Below are positions 29,180 through 38,301 of a stretch of DNA of 55,196 bases, one piece after another. The stretch is from Patescibacteria group bacterium (GTDB taxonomy: Bacteria > Patescibacteriota > Patescibacteriia > PEXW01): assembly GCA_038063455.1 (NCBI GenBank), contig JBBTVB010000006.1:105234-160429 (forward strand), written 5' to 3'. A model generated the notes under the pieces. It ran no database searches. It worked only from the letters and a program-made list of their open reading frames with translations, and was not told the DNA's origin. The position numbers and the translations under genes were made by a program. Within the stretch, counting starts at the first letter, position 1. Every line of letters starts with the position of its first letter.

Positions 29180-29239
29180 GGAGAGGGCGTTCTAAAATCC
29201 CCCTCTCCCCTTGCGGGAGAGGGTCTCGGGGAGAGGGGG
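29180..29239. repeat. GC-rich nested palindromic element upstream of dnaE
   Basis: One ccccctctcccc (29199..29210) faces three complementary copies: ggagaggg (29180..29187), gggagaggg (29215..29223) and ggggagaggggg (29228..29239). Confidence 0.8.
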
Positions 29240-29268
29240 AAAACAATATGATAGAGTCACATTAGTCC

Positions 29269-32200
29269 ATGTCTTTCGTCCACCTCCACGTCCACTCCCA
29301 CTACTCCCTGCTCGACGGTCTACCCAAGATCGACGACCTGGTGGCGTACGCCAAAAACCAAGGGGCGCCGGCGGTGGCGCTCACGGACCACGGCGTGCTG
29401 TATGGTGCGGTAGAGTTTTACCAAAAAGCTGTCAAAGCCGGCATCAAGCCAATTATTGGGGTGGAAACCTACGTCGCCCGGCGCACGCGGTTTGATAGAG
29501 AAGTGCGGATTGACGAGCGGCCGTTCCACCTGGTGCTGCTGGCCAAAAACCTGACTGGCTACCAAAACCTAATTAAGTTGGTAAGCGCCGCGCACCTGGA
29601 AGGGTTTTACTACAAGCCGCGCATTGACCACGAATTACTCCGCCAGCACAGCGAGGGCCTTATTGCCTTGTCCGCCTGCCTGCACGGCGAGTTGGCCAAT
29701 GCCATCCTGGGCAAAATCAACGCCACGCCCGACGAAGTGGTTGAGAAGCACGTGGCCACGTTTGGCAAAGACCACTACTACCTGGAAGTGCAACCCAACG
29801 GCATGCCCGACCAGGAAACCGTGAACGCCGCGGTGTTTCAACTGGCGGAAAAACATGGGCTCAAAGTGGTAGCCACCAACGACGTGCACTACCTGGCACC
29901 GGACGATGCCGACGTGCAAGACGTGCTGCTGGCCATCCAGACCAAAACTACCATGGACGATCCCAAACGCATGTCATACAAGGGCATTGATGTGAGCATG
30001 CGCCCGGAAGACGAGATGCTTGCAGCTTTCCCGAACCATCCTGAAGTAGTGGCAAACACTGTTGCAATTGCGGAACAGTGCAACGTGGAAATCGCCTTGG
30101 GCCAAACCCAACTCCCCCACTTTGACGTGCCCCAAGGCCACACGGCCGAAACCTACTTGCGCCAGCTGTGCGAGACCGGCATCCCCCACCGCTACCCAGG
30201 CAAGGAGCAGGACAAAACTATTCGGGAGCGCTTGGAGTACGAACTAGGCGTTATAGAAAAAACTGGGTTTGCCGGGTACTTCTTAATTGTGCAGGACTTT
30301 GTGAACTGGGCCAAGACACACGGGGTGGTCGTCGGGCCGGGCCGCGGCTCGGCTGCCGGTTCGATTGTGTCGTACCTAACCAACGTGACCAACGTGGACC
30401 CGTTGGCCTACGACCTGCTCTTCGAGCGGTTTTTGAATCCTGAGCGTATCTCCATGCCGGATATTGACTTAGACTTTGCCGATGCCCGCCGGGATGACGT
30501 GCTGAAGTACGTCGAGCACAAGTACGGGCACGACCACGTCGCCCAAATTATTACCTTTGGAACCATGGCCGCGCGCGCCGCTATTCGCGATGTGGGCCGG
30601 GCCTTAGGCTTCCCCTACACCTACTGCGACCGCGTGGCCAAACTCATTCCCATGTTCACGACGCTTCAAGAAGCCGTGGATACTATTCCTGAGCTGAAAG
30701 AAGTCATGGGTAACGACGAAGATGGCCAACGACTCATCAAAACGGCCATGCGCTTGGAAGGCGTGGCGCGCCATGCCTCGGTGCACGCGTGCGGCGTGGT
30801 GATTACCAAAGACCCGCTTACCGACCACGTTCCACTCCAGCACGCTGGGCCAGACGACGAGACGATTATTTCCCAGTACTCGCTCCACCCCATTGAAGAT
30901 CTGGGACTTTTGAAAATGGACTTCTTGGGGCTGCGCAACTTAACCGTGCTGGAACAAACTATTGAAATTGCCAGGAAGGGTCGCGGCAAAACCTACGATT
31001 TAGACAAGCTCCCGCTTGATGACCCCAAGCCGTTCGCGATCCTGCAAAGTGGCCATACCACCGGCATCTTCCAGTTTGAATCCGGCGGCATGCGGCGCTA
31101 CCTCAAAGAGCTCAAGCCCACCGAGCTCGAAGACTTGATTGCCATGGTGTCGCTGTACCGGCCGGGGCCAATTGAATTTATTCCCGACTTTATTGCGCGC
31201 AAGCATGGCGAGCAGAAAGTGTCCTACATCCACCCGAAACTGGAAAAGAGCTTAGCCAAAACCTATGGCGTGGCCGTGTACCAGGAACAAATTATGGAAC
31301 TGGCGCGCGACCTGGCCGGCTTTACCCTGGGGGAGGCGGACGTACTACGTAAAGCCGTGGGTAAAAAAATCGCCAAACTCTTGCAAGAGCAGCGCGAGAA
31401 ATTTATTACCGGCTGCGTGAACAATGGTATCGAGCGGAAGACTGGAGAAAAAATCTTTGACTTCATCGAGCCTTTTGCGCGCTACGGCTTTAACCGGTCG
31501 CACGCGGCCTGCTATGCGCTCATTGCCTACCAAACCGCCTATTTTAAAGCCCACGAACCCGAAGCGTTCATGGCCGCGCTGCTCACCGGCGACGAAGGCA
31601 GCATTGACCGCATTGCTCTGGAAATTGAAGAGTGCCGCCAAATGGGCATTACGGTGTTGCCGCCGGATATCAATGAGAGCTACTCCACCTTTACTGCGGT
31701 GTACGAGCCGGAAACCAAAGCGCCCACCCACACCATCCGCTTTGGCTTGAACGCGGTAAAAAACGTAGGTGAGAACGTGGTGAAAGCTTTGGTGCACGAA
31801 CGCAAAGCCAATGGCTGGTTTGCCAGCCTGGAAGATTTGCTCACGCGCGTGCAGGTGAAAGACTTTAATAAAAAATCTCTGGAAAGCCTGATCAAAGCTG
31901 GGGCCCTGGACCGGTTTGGCGAGCGCGGCCAGCTGCTGGGGAATGTGGACGTGCTGCTGCAATTTAACAAACGCGCTAGCCAGGCGGCCAATGCCAACCA
32001 GGATTCGCTCTTCGCCAACCTGCCAGCCAGCAAAGCCCCGGCCTTGCACTTGAAGCTGGTGGATGCCGTCACCAAACGCCAGCGCCTGCAGTGGGAAAAA
32101 GAGCTCGTCGGCCTGTACCTCTCGGACCACCCGCTGCGGGAATACCAAGACCAGCTCAACCTGATTACCGCCCCCATGAGCTCGCTGGCTGGGCGCGCCA

Positions 32201-32703
32201 AAGACGAACGCGTACGCATTGGCGGGATTGTGACCAAGGTGCACAAAATTATGACCAAGCGGCAAGAGCCTATGCTCTTCGTGACTGTCGAGGATTCCGC
32301 TGGCTCGGTTGAGGTGGTGGTCTTCCCCAAAATCCTGCAGCAGAACCCCGACTTGTGGACCGACGAACGCTTGGTGATTGTGGAAGGCAAAGTCTCGGAT
32401 AAAGATGGCGAACCAAAAATCCTGGTGGACACCGCGCGCGAACTCGACATGGCTGCCTTGCAGCAGTATGCCGCCTCGCAAGACCAGCGCCCGCTGCTCA
32501 TCCACCTGCCAGATGGCCTGGCCAAAGAAAAATTCCAAGCTATTCAGGAAGTGCTCTCGAACCATCCGGGTCGGACACCGGTGGAAATGCTTACCACCAA
32601 CGGCACCGGTACCAAGCGGATTCCCTCCGACTATAAAGTCGATAGCCAGGCTGCCTGGAGCGCCATTGCCGATATCGTCGGCACGGCGAACGTAAGGCGA
32701 TAG
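29269..32703 (+). CDS. dnaE: DNA polymerase III subunit alpha
   Basis: 1144 aa. PHP domain FVHLHVHSHYSLLDG, then ...GPGRGSAAGS...PDIDLDF, and a C-terminal OB-fold. Confidence 0.97.
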   Translation: MSFVHLHVHSHYSLLDGLPKIDDLVAYAKNQGAPAVALTDHGVLYGAVEFYQKAVKAGIKPIIGVETYVARRTRFDREVRIDERPFHLVLLAKNLTGYQNLIKLVSAAHLEGFYYKPRIDHELLRQHSEGLIALSACLHGELANAILGKINATPDEVVEKHVATFGKDHYYLEVQPNGMPDQETVNAAVFQLAEKHGLKVVATNDVHYLAPDDADVQDVLLAIQTKTTMDDPKRMSYKGIDVSMRPEDEMLAAFPNHPEVVANTVAIAEQCNVEIALGQTQLPHFDVPQGHTAETYLRQLCETGIPHRYPGKEQDKTIRERLEYELGVIEKTGFAGYFLIVQDFVNWAKTHGVVVGPGRGSAAGSIVSYLTNVTNVDPLAYDLLFERFLNPERISMPDIDLDFADARRDDVLKYVEHKYGHDHVAQIITFGTMAARAAIRDVGRALGFPYTYCDRVAKLIPMFTTLQEAVDTIPELKEVMGNDEDGQRLIKTAMRLEGVARHASVHACGVVITKDPLTDHVPLQHAGPDDETIISQYSLHPIEDLGLLKMDFLGLRNLTVLEQTIEIARKGRGKTYDLDKLPLDDPKPFAILQSGHTTGIFQFESGGMRRYLKELKPTELEDLIAMVSLYRPGPIEFIPDFIARKHGEQKVSYIHPKLEKSLAKTYGVAVYQEQIMELARDLAGFTLGEADVLRKAVGKKIAKLLQEQREKFITGCVNNGIERKTGEKIFDFIEPFARYGFNRSHAACYALIAYQTAYFKAHEPEAFMAALLTGDEGSIDRIALEIEECRQMGITVLPPDINESYSTFTAVYEPETKAPTHTIRFGLNAVKNVGENVVKALVHERKANGWFASLEDLLTRVQVKDFNKKSLESLIKAGALDRFGERGQLLGNVDVLLQFNKRASQAANANQDSLFANLPASKAPALHLKLVDAVTKRQRLQWEKELVGLYLSDHPLREYQDQLNLITAPMSSLAGRAKDERVRIGGIVTKVHKIMTKRQEPMLFVTVEDSAGSVEVVVFPKILQQNPDLWTDERLVIVEGKVSDKDGEPKILVDTARELDMAALQQYAASQDQRPLLIHLPDGLAKEKFQAIQEVLSNHPGRTPVEMLTTNGTGTKRIPSDYKVDSQAAWSAIADIVGTANVRR

Positions 32704-32729
32704 AAGCTAGTTTTTTACATCTATAGCGT

Positions 32730-32803
32730 CAGAGCTTGCCCGCGCACCAATGTGGTGCGGGGCTTGCTCTGCCTATCTACCCTAAGGTCGAGCAAGCTCG
32801 ACC
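32730..32803. repeat. GAGCWWGCTC-family hairpins downstream of dnaE
   Basis: A long imperfect hairpin, cagagcttgcccgcgcacca / tggtgcggggcttgctctg (32730..32771), plus the perfect 18-nt palindrome ggtcgagcaagctcgacc (32786..32803). Confidence 0.8.
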
Positions 32804-32844
32804 GCTACATTCTGTTATAAACAAGTGCTACAATAGGTAGCACT

Positions 32845-34044
32845 ATGGCCAAAAAAGAACATCACCACCCCAAGCACCACACCACTACCCCTCGGCAGCA
32901 GGTATGGGTATTAGGCTTCCTGGGCGGTGCCGTCGTGCTCCTCGGGGCTGTGCTCTTCCTGGCAAACGGCCGCAGCCGCATTGCCTTTACCTGGACGCCA
33001 CAACCAATCGAGAGTAAAACCACTTTGACCGCTGCGGCAGCGCCGAGTGAGAGTGAAATTGCCACTAGCTTTGTGCAAACCTCGGTCGACGTGGAACGAA
33101 CCTTCACGGCAGAACCAACCACCAGCACCCCAACGCCAGCCCCGACTGCACCCGTCTTCACAGGCAAGGCCAGCGGCAAAGCTACCATCACTAATCGCTA
33201 CACCAAGGCCCAACCTCTGCAAGCGGGCACACGCCTGCAGTCCGCCGATGGGCACATTTTCCGCACCCAAGCACGCGTGGATGTACCCGTTGGCGGCAGC
33301 GTGACCACCCTGGTTATTGCTGACGTTGCTGGCGAGCAAGGCGCCAAAACCAAAGGCGCAACCTTTATTTTGCCTGGGCTGTGGGCAGGCTTGCAGGATA
33401 AAATTACTGGCGTGGCTGCCGAAGATTTTGTGGGGGAAACAAGTGCCGCCGCACCTGCTACCACGCTTGCCGGCCTTACGGCGAACGAGCTTGCCAATGC
33501 CCAGCAAGAGCTAATCAAAGAAGCAATTGAAAAAGCTACACCAGCTTTGCAGAAGCTCGTCCCCGGCGGCCGCGTACTCTACCCCGGGATGGTGGGCACG
33601 GCCGTGACCAAGCACTCCGGCCCGGCCATTGCTGACAAGGTAAGCAGCTATACGTTACAACTCACCGTGCAAGCCACCGGGGTTGCTCTGGCTCCCGAGA
33701 GCTTGGTCAAAGCGGCAACCGCACTTTTGGAAAATGCGCTCAGCACGGACCTGCAGCTGGTAAACGTTGCAACCAAAAACTTTGACTTTGCAGTAAGCAA
33801 TGTGGACACCAAAAAACAGCGCGCGGATGTAGCGCTTACGGCCCGGGCGTCAACCGTGCCAACCCCCACACACCCATTGCTGCAGCACGCCACGTACAGC
33901 GGCAAAAAGCCGTATGCCGTGCGTGCTCTGCTCGCCAAAGAAAAAGCGGTCACGAATGTGATGGTCGAACTCTCCCCTTTCTGGACACGCACCATCCCCA
34001 GTAATAAAGACGACTTGCAGCTGGAAATTACACGGGCGGAATAA
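32845..34044 (+). CDS. membrane-anchored hypothetical protein (weak resemblance to baseplate-J-like proteins seen in CPR genomes)
   Basis: His-rich head MAKKEHHHPKHH, a TM, then GKATITNRYTKAQPLQAGTRLQSADGHIFRTQARVDVPVGGSVTTLVIADVAGEQG...FILPGL. The family assignment is recollection only. Confidence 0.5.
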   Translation: MAKKEHHHPKHHTTTPRQQVWVLGFLGGAVVLLGAVLFLANGRSRIAFTWTPQPIESKTTLTAAAAPSESEIATSFVQTSVDVERTFTAEPTTSTPTPAPTAPVFTGKASGKATITNRYTKAQPLQAGTRLQSADGHIFRTQARVDVPVGGSVTTLVIADVAGEQGAKTKGATFILPGLWAGLQDKITGVAAEDFVGETSAAAPATTLAGLTANELANAQQELIKEAIEKATPALQKLVPGGRVLYPGMVGTAVTKHSGPAIADKVSSYTLQLTVQATGVALAPESLVKAATALLENALSTDLQLVNVATKNFDFAVSNVDTKKQRADVALTARASTVPTPTHPLLQHATYSGKKPYAVRALLAKEKAVTNVMVELSPFWTRTIPSNKDDLQLEITRAE

Positions 34045-34090
34045 AAATTTCCATACTTTACTTTGAATAGCTGCAATTTTTGTAATAACA

Positions 34091-34121
34091 AAAAAACTCT
34101 GCGTACAAACACAGAGTTTTT
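34091..34121. terminator. bidirectional intrinsic terminator between convergent genes
   Basis: A6, then aactctg / cagagtt, then T5. Confidence 0.65.
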
Positions 34122-34152
34122 ATAAAGCTTTACGGGAACGATCTACAAAGAG

Positions 34153-34680
34153 CTAGATGTTTTTAGGGTTGAGACTAAAAATCCAGACTGCTTTAGGCCA
34201 AGGGTACTCGGGACGAGCCTCCATAGCATAAAGATTCCAGGAACGTCTACCATGCCTTAGAACAAATATATACGGCATACGTTTAGCGTCGTAGACTGGC
34301 TCTACGCCAACGATAAATCCATTCCCGTATAAATCCGCCGTTTCAGATGGACTCTTCTGACACAGCTTGGGAAGCGTTTCTATGGGGCAAGCGGAGAGAC
34401 CTTGGGCGGCCGCAAACTCGTAATTCTCCTTAGTGGTCCCCTGGAGTCTTAAGGTTTGTACAAGTCTCTTGGGGGTCGCTATTTCACTCAACATGATGTC
34501 GCCATCGGTAAGGACATCGATGATAGCCGAACCTCTAATGCCTATATCATTTCCCAATAAAGCAGTACGAAATGCTGCCCGGTTCGGGTACGTTTCAGGA
34601 GTGACATCCATCCAAAGGGGGAAATGATTTTCTGCCACTGTAGAAAATTGTAGACTGGTTGTGTTTCCGTTCGTTTTCAA
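34153..34680 (-). CDS. hypothetical protein
   Basis: 175 aa. TTG start 6 nt after GAAGGAG. AT-rich islet. No family recognised. Confidence 0.5.
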   Translation of the reverse strand: MKTNGNTTSLQFSTVAENHFPLWMDVTPETYPNRAAFRTALLGNDIGIRGSAIIDVLTDGDIMLSEIATPKRLVQTLRLQGTTKENYEFAAAQGLSACPIETLPKLCQKSPSETADLYGNGFIVGVEPVYDAKRMPYIFVLRHGRRSWNLYAMEARPEYPWPKAVWIFSLNPKNI

Positions 34681-34975
34681 AGGCTGCTCCTTCTTTCAAA
34701 AATTTCCTACTACCTGTAGGACTTGCGCTATAGGAATAACTGTCAATGTTCAACTGACAATCAAAGGTAGCGCCAGGTTGCACTTCTGTCAAATATTCCT
34801 CATGCATAAGACTTTACTCGTTATACACGAGCGGATATACTAGGCATGAGAATTGCACTGGCTACCAACCAGTAACCCTGAAAGGGTGCGTAAAATACGC
34901 CTAACTCACTTAGAAAAAGCGCCCTCCTACCCAAGGCTTCGGAGGGAAATCGGGTGGAACCTCCCTAATCGGGAC

Positions 34976-35008
34976 CCGAAGCGACAACGCTTCGGTTTAT
35001 TCATTTTT
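34976..35008 (+). terminator. intrinsic terminator / attenuator immediately upstream of the HAD gene
   Basis: ccgaagcg-acaa-cgcttcgg (8 bp) followed by tttattcattttt. It ends 10 nt before the ATG at 35018. Confidence 0.6.
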
Positions 35009-35017
35009 CCAAGAAAT

Positions 35018-35617
35018 ATGACTCCTATCCCCACCATTGCTTGCGATATCGGAAATGTCATTATTAACGCTGATCATGAAATTACTTACCAGGTGTTGGT
35101 ACGGGCAGGGGTGGCAAGCAAAAATGCTAAAACATTCTTTGAGAATAACGAATACCAAGAATTCTCACGAGGTCGGATGAGTGCAGCAGACTTTTGCAAA
35201 GCCCTTAATAAAAAATACCTGCGAAGTTCACTCTCTGACGTGATACTCGAAGAAGCACACAATCAACACATGACTAAGGTTAATTGGGATGTTCTTAATG
35301 TCTTGAAAGGTACTCCTCATACACACTTACTCTTCCTCACTGATACAAATCTTTGGCAGACTCAACGTGAGCAGCAACTCATCGATCTCAAAAAGTACAG
35401 CCAAACTATCATTCGCTCTCACGAAATTCATATGCTCAAAAGCGATAATGAATACTTTGCCAGGATGTCACATATGACTGGGCTGTCGCTCCAAAACTTC
35501 GTACTCATTGATGATAACCAACGAATACTCCAGATTGCACAAGGAGAAGGATTGCAGACTGTCCCATTCACTACAGCACAAGAACTCTCTTCTCAGTTAC
35601 ACGCTATACTAACTTAA
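35018..35617 (+). CDS. HAD-superfamily hydrolase (subfamily IA-like)
   Basis: IACDIGNVII (motif I-like, second Asp replaced), LLFLTDTN (motif II) and FVLIDDNQRILQIAQGEGLQTV (motif IV). I chose the ATG at 35018; the track start at 34853 covers the leader. Confidence 0.6.
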   Translation: MTPIPTIACDIGNVIINADHEITYQVLVRAGVASKNAKTFFENNEYQEFSRGRMSAADFCKALNKKYLRSSLSDVILEEAHNQHMTKVNWDVLNVLKGTPHTHLLFLTDTNLWQTQREQQLIDLKKYSQTIIRSHEIHMLKSDNEYFARMSHMTGLSLQNFVLIDDNQRILQIAQGEGLQTVPFTTAQELSSQLHAILT

Positions 35618-35618
35618 T

Positions 35619-37403
35619 ATGGATAATCAACTCCACAACCTGCGCCACTCGCTGGCCCACCTGCTGGCCGCCAGCGTGTTGGAGCTTATGCCCGATGCCA
35701 AACTTGGTGTTGGCCCAACTATCGAGCATGGCTTTTACTATGACTTCCTCCTGTCTCGCCCCCTAACCCCGCAAGACCTACCTAAGCTGGAAAAATTCAT
35801 GCGCAAGCGGATTGGTCAGAACCTGGGCTTTGAACGCGAAGAACTTAGCGAAGCGCAGGCCAAAGAAAAATTTGCCAAGCAGCAGTTTAAACTTGAACTC
35901 ATCCACGACTTGGTAACCAAGGGCACGACGGTTTTTGATGAACTCCAGAACACGAGCAGCCAACCGAGCGCAACAATCAGCGCTTACACCACCGGCGAAT
36001 TTGTGGACCTGTGCCGCGGCGGGCACGTAACCTCGACCAGAGAAATTCCGGCTGATGCGTTCAAGCTCACCCACATTGCCGGGGCGTACTGGCGTGGCAG
36101 CGAGAAAAACCCGATGCTGCAGCGGGTGTACGGCGTAGCCTTTGCAACCAAAGCGGAACTGGATGCCCACCTGAAAATGCAAGAAGAAGCCAAGAAACGT
36201 GATCACCGCAAGCTCGGCCAGGACTTAGACCTCTTCACCTTCTCCGACCTGGTGGGCAGCGGCTTGCCCCTGTGGACGCCCAAAGGCACGTTACTGCGCG
36301 ACACGTTGGATAGCTTTGTGTGGGAGCTGCGACAAAAAGCTGGGTATGAGCGCGTGGACATCCCGCACATTTCCAAAAAGGACTTGTACGAAACCAGTGG
36401 CCACTGGGCTAAGTTCCAGGATGAGCTATTTAAAATTACGACGCGGGAAGGGCATGTGTTTGCCATGAAGCCTATGAACTGCCCGCACCACACGCAAATT
36501 TACGCCCGCAAGCAATTCTCCTACCGCGAACTCCCCCAGCGCTACGCGTCCACTACCAAAGTCTATCGCGATGAACAGACGGGCGAGCTCTCTGGCCTGT
36601 CTCGCGTGCGGTCGATTACCCAAGATGACGCCCACGTCTTCTGCCGGGAGTCGCAGGTGGAAGTGGAAGCCAAAAAAATCTGGGGTATTGTTTCAACGTT
36701 CTACCGTGCGGCGGGGTTCAAACTCGAGGTCCGACTTTCGTTCCACGATCCTAAGCATCCAGAGAAATACCTAGGCAAGCCCGAGAGCTGGAAAAAAGCC
36801 GAAGACACCTTGCGGAAAATTGTGAAAGCCCAAAAAGCCACGGCCACGGAGGCCGTGGGCGAAGCCGCGTTTTACGGGCCAAAGATTGATTTCCTGGCCA
36901 AAGACTCACTGGGCCGAGAGTGGCAGGTGGCCACTATCCAGCTGGACATGAACCTGCCCGAGCGCTTTGACCTGGCGTGTATTAACGAGCAAGGCGAACG
37001 CGAGCGCATTGTGATGATTCACGCTGCCATCATGGGCTCCATCGAGCGCTACCTGGCCATTCTCATTGAGCACTTTGCCGGCGCGTTCCCACTGTGGCTG
37101 GCCCCGGTGCAAGTGGCAATTATTCCGGTGAGTACCAAGCACGAAAAAACCTGCCAGAAACTTGGACTAGAGCTGCGCGAGGCCGGTATTCGCGTGGACA
37201 TCTTCACTGCCGATCAATCCGTTGGCAAGAGCATCCGTACGGCCGAAAAACAGAAGACGCCCTACATGTTGGTCATTGGTGACAAAGAAATAAAGTCGCC
37301 CAAGCTGCACGTTCGGGAACGGGGTAAAGAGAAGCTCTCTGTGGTGGCCAAGAAGACATTCATTGCCAGCATCCTGAAAAAAGTTCAGGCTAGGCTAAAG
37401 TAG
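35619..37403 (+). CDS. thrS: threonine--tRNA ligase (no N-terminal TGS domain)
   Basis: 594 aa. HRKLGQDLDLF...MKPMNCPHH...RVRSITQDDAHVFC...FYGPKIDF. Confidence 0.95.
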   Translation: MDNQLHNLRHSLAHLLAASVLELMPDAKLGVGPTIEHGFYYDFLLSRPLTPQDLPKLEKFMRKRIGQNLGFEREELSEAQAKEKFAKQQFKLELIHDLVTKGTTVFDELQNTSSQPSATISAYTTGEFVDLCRGGHVTSTREIPADAFKLTHIAGAYWRGSEKNPMLQRVYGVAFATKAELDAHLKMQEEAKKRDHRKLGQDLDLFTFSDLVGSGLPLWTPKGTLLRDTLDSFVWELRQKAGYERVDIPHISKKDLYETSGHWAKFQDELFKITTREGHVFAMKPMNCPHHTQIYARKQFSYRELPQRYASTTKVYRDEQTGELSGLSRVRSITQDDAHVFCRESQVEVEAKKIWGIVSTFYRAAGFKLEVRLSFHDPKHPEKYLGKPESWKKAEDTLRKIVKAQKATATEAVGEAAFYGPKIDFLAKDSLGREWQVATIQLDMNLPERFDLACINEQGERERIVMIHAAIMGSIERYLAILIEHFAGAFPLWLAPVQVAIIPVSTKHEKTCQKLGLELREAGIRVDIFTADQSVGKSIRTAEKQKTPYMLVIGDKEIKSPKLHVRERGKEKLSVVAKKTFIASILKKVQARLK

Positions 37404-37477
37404 TAGTTTAAGTGCCATGCTTGCCTCAAGAGATGCATTGGCATATTGTATTTATACAAACAAAAAGGAGACACAAA

Positions 37478-37789
37478 ATGTCAAATGTACTTAACCAACT
37501 TACCGATGATGATCAAATTGTACGTGGTGTGCTTAAACGTTTAAAAGGAGATCTCGAGAAAATTCTCCAACTTGAAACCCCGATAAACGCGACACGTATA
37601 AATGATGGTCAGGTACAAGTAACCTTCAAACTGCCAGATGCTAATGAGGTTGCCCTACCAAGTGGTGAGGGATCAAGTTGTACCTTAATCTTCGGCGAGG
37701 TTCCTGGGTCAGCTAAGTTGTCTGGGACCTCTTGGAGCGGCTTGTGGTTAGTGCAACTCACTATTACGGACCCATACGTAATTGCATAA
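37478..37789 (+). CDS. hypothetical small protein
   Basis: 103 aa. ATG 7 nt after AAAGGAG, followed by a strong terminator. No family recognised. Confidence 0.45.
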   Translation: MSNVLNQLTDDDQIVRGVLKRLKGDLEKILQLETPINATRINDGQVQVTFKLPDANEVALPSGEGSSCTLIFGEVPGSAKLSGTSWSGLWLVQLTITDPYVIA

Positions 37790-37808
37790 CGCATAGAAGA
37801 ATTGATTC

Positions 37809-37837
37809 TGACCCTCACTCGATGAGGGTCATTTTTT
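37809..37837 (+). terminator. intrinsic terminator
   Basis: tgaccctca / tgagggtca (9 bp) followed by T6. Confidence 0.8.
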
Positions 37838-37928
37838 ACAAACAATTTGCACTCCACCATGTGGGTTGACTCTCTAACCACACCATGGTAGCTTTTCGGC
37901 AAAGAAAATAAACCAAAAAGGAGTTGGT

Positions 37929-38249
37929 ATGGATGTAGGCTCTTTAATTCCCAATCTGTGTTTTCTCCTGGCTGCATTACTAAGCATTGCATTGTACCGA
38001 GCGCTCCGACGAATGTACGCAAATCGGTTTGTCCCTAGAATTCGAGAGTATGTCGAGGAGCAGGTTACGGCACCTGAATATGAGCATGGTGTTTGGTTTT
38101 GCCCGCAGTGCTTCATGATAGCTGGGAGAAAAGGAAATTGCGAAAACAAGGTGCATTATGGTACGCCGGTAATACTTCAACGTGGCTGCCACGAACAGCT
38201 TGAGTACTATGCAGAGATGCGTAAAGTTTGCGGGAACACGAGCACCTAA
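37929..38249 (+). CDS. small membrane protein with a Cys cluster (CPQC...C...C)
   Basis: 106 aa. RBS AAAGGAG. N-terminal TM LIPNLCFLLAALLSIALY, then WFCPQCFMIAGRKGNCENKVHYGTPVILQRGCH. Confidence 0.45.
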   Translation: MDVGSLIPNLCFLLAALLSIALYRALRRMYANRFVPRIREYVEEQVTAPEYEHGVWFCPQCFMIAGRKGNCENKVHYGTPVILQRGCHEQLEYYAEMRKVCGNTST

Positions 38250-38253
38250 CTCA

Positions 38254-38290
38254 AACGCCCACTCCACATTTGGAATGGGCGTTCTTTTTA
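38254..38290 (+). terminator. intrinsic terminator
   Basis: aacgccca / tgggcgtt stem followed by cttttta. Confidence 0.55.
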
Positions 38291-38301
38291 ATTCTGTAAA
38301 T

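Noticed and set aside
31345-32565. 406-aa minus-strand ORF (and the overlapping 281-aa ORF at 31680..32525)
   Set aside because: Both are antisense to dnaE, whose identity is unambiguous, and both have low-complexity composition.
34595-34807. 70-aa minus-strand ORF overlapping the start of 34153..34680 in another frame (possible frameshifted longer gene)
   Set aside because: The downstream ORF has its own GAAGGAG RBS and TTG start. There is no homology evidence linking the two frames, so I did not call a pseudogene.
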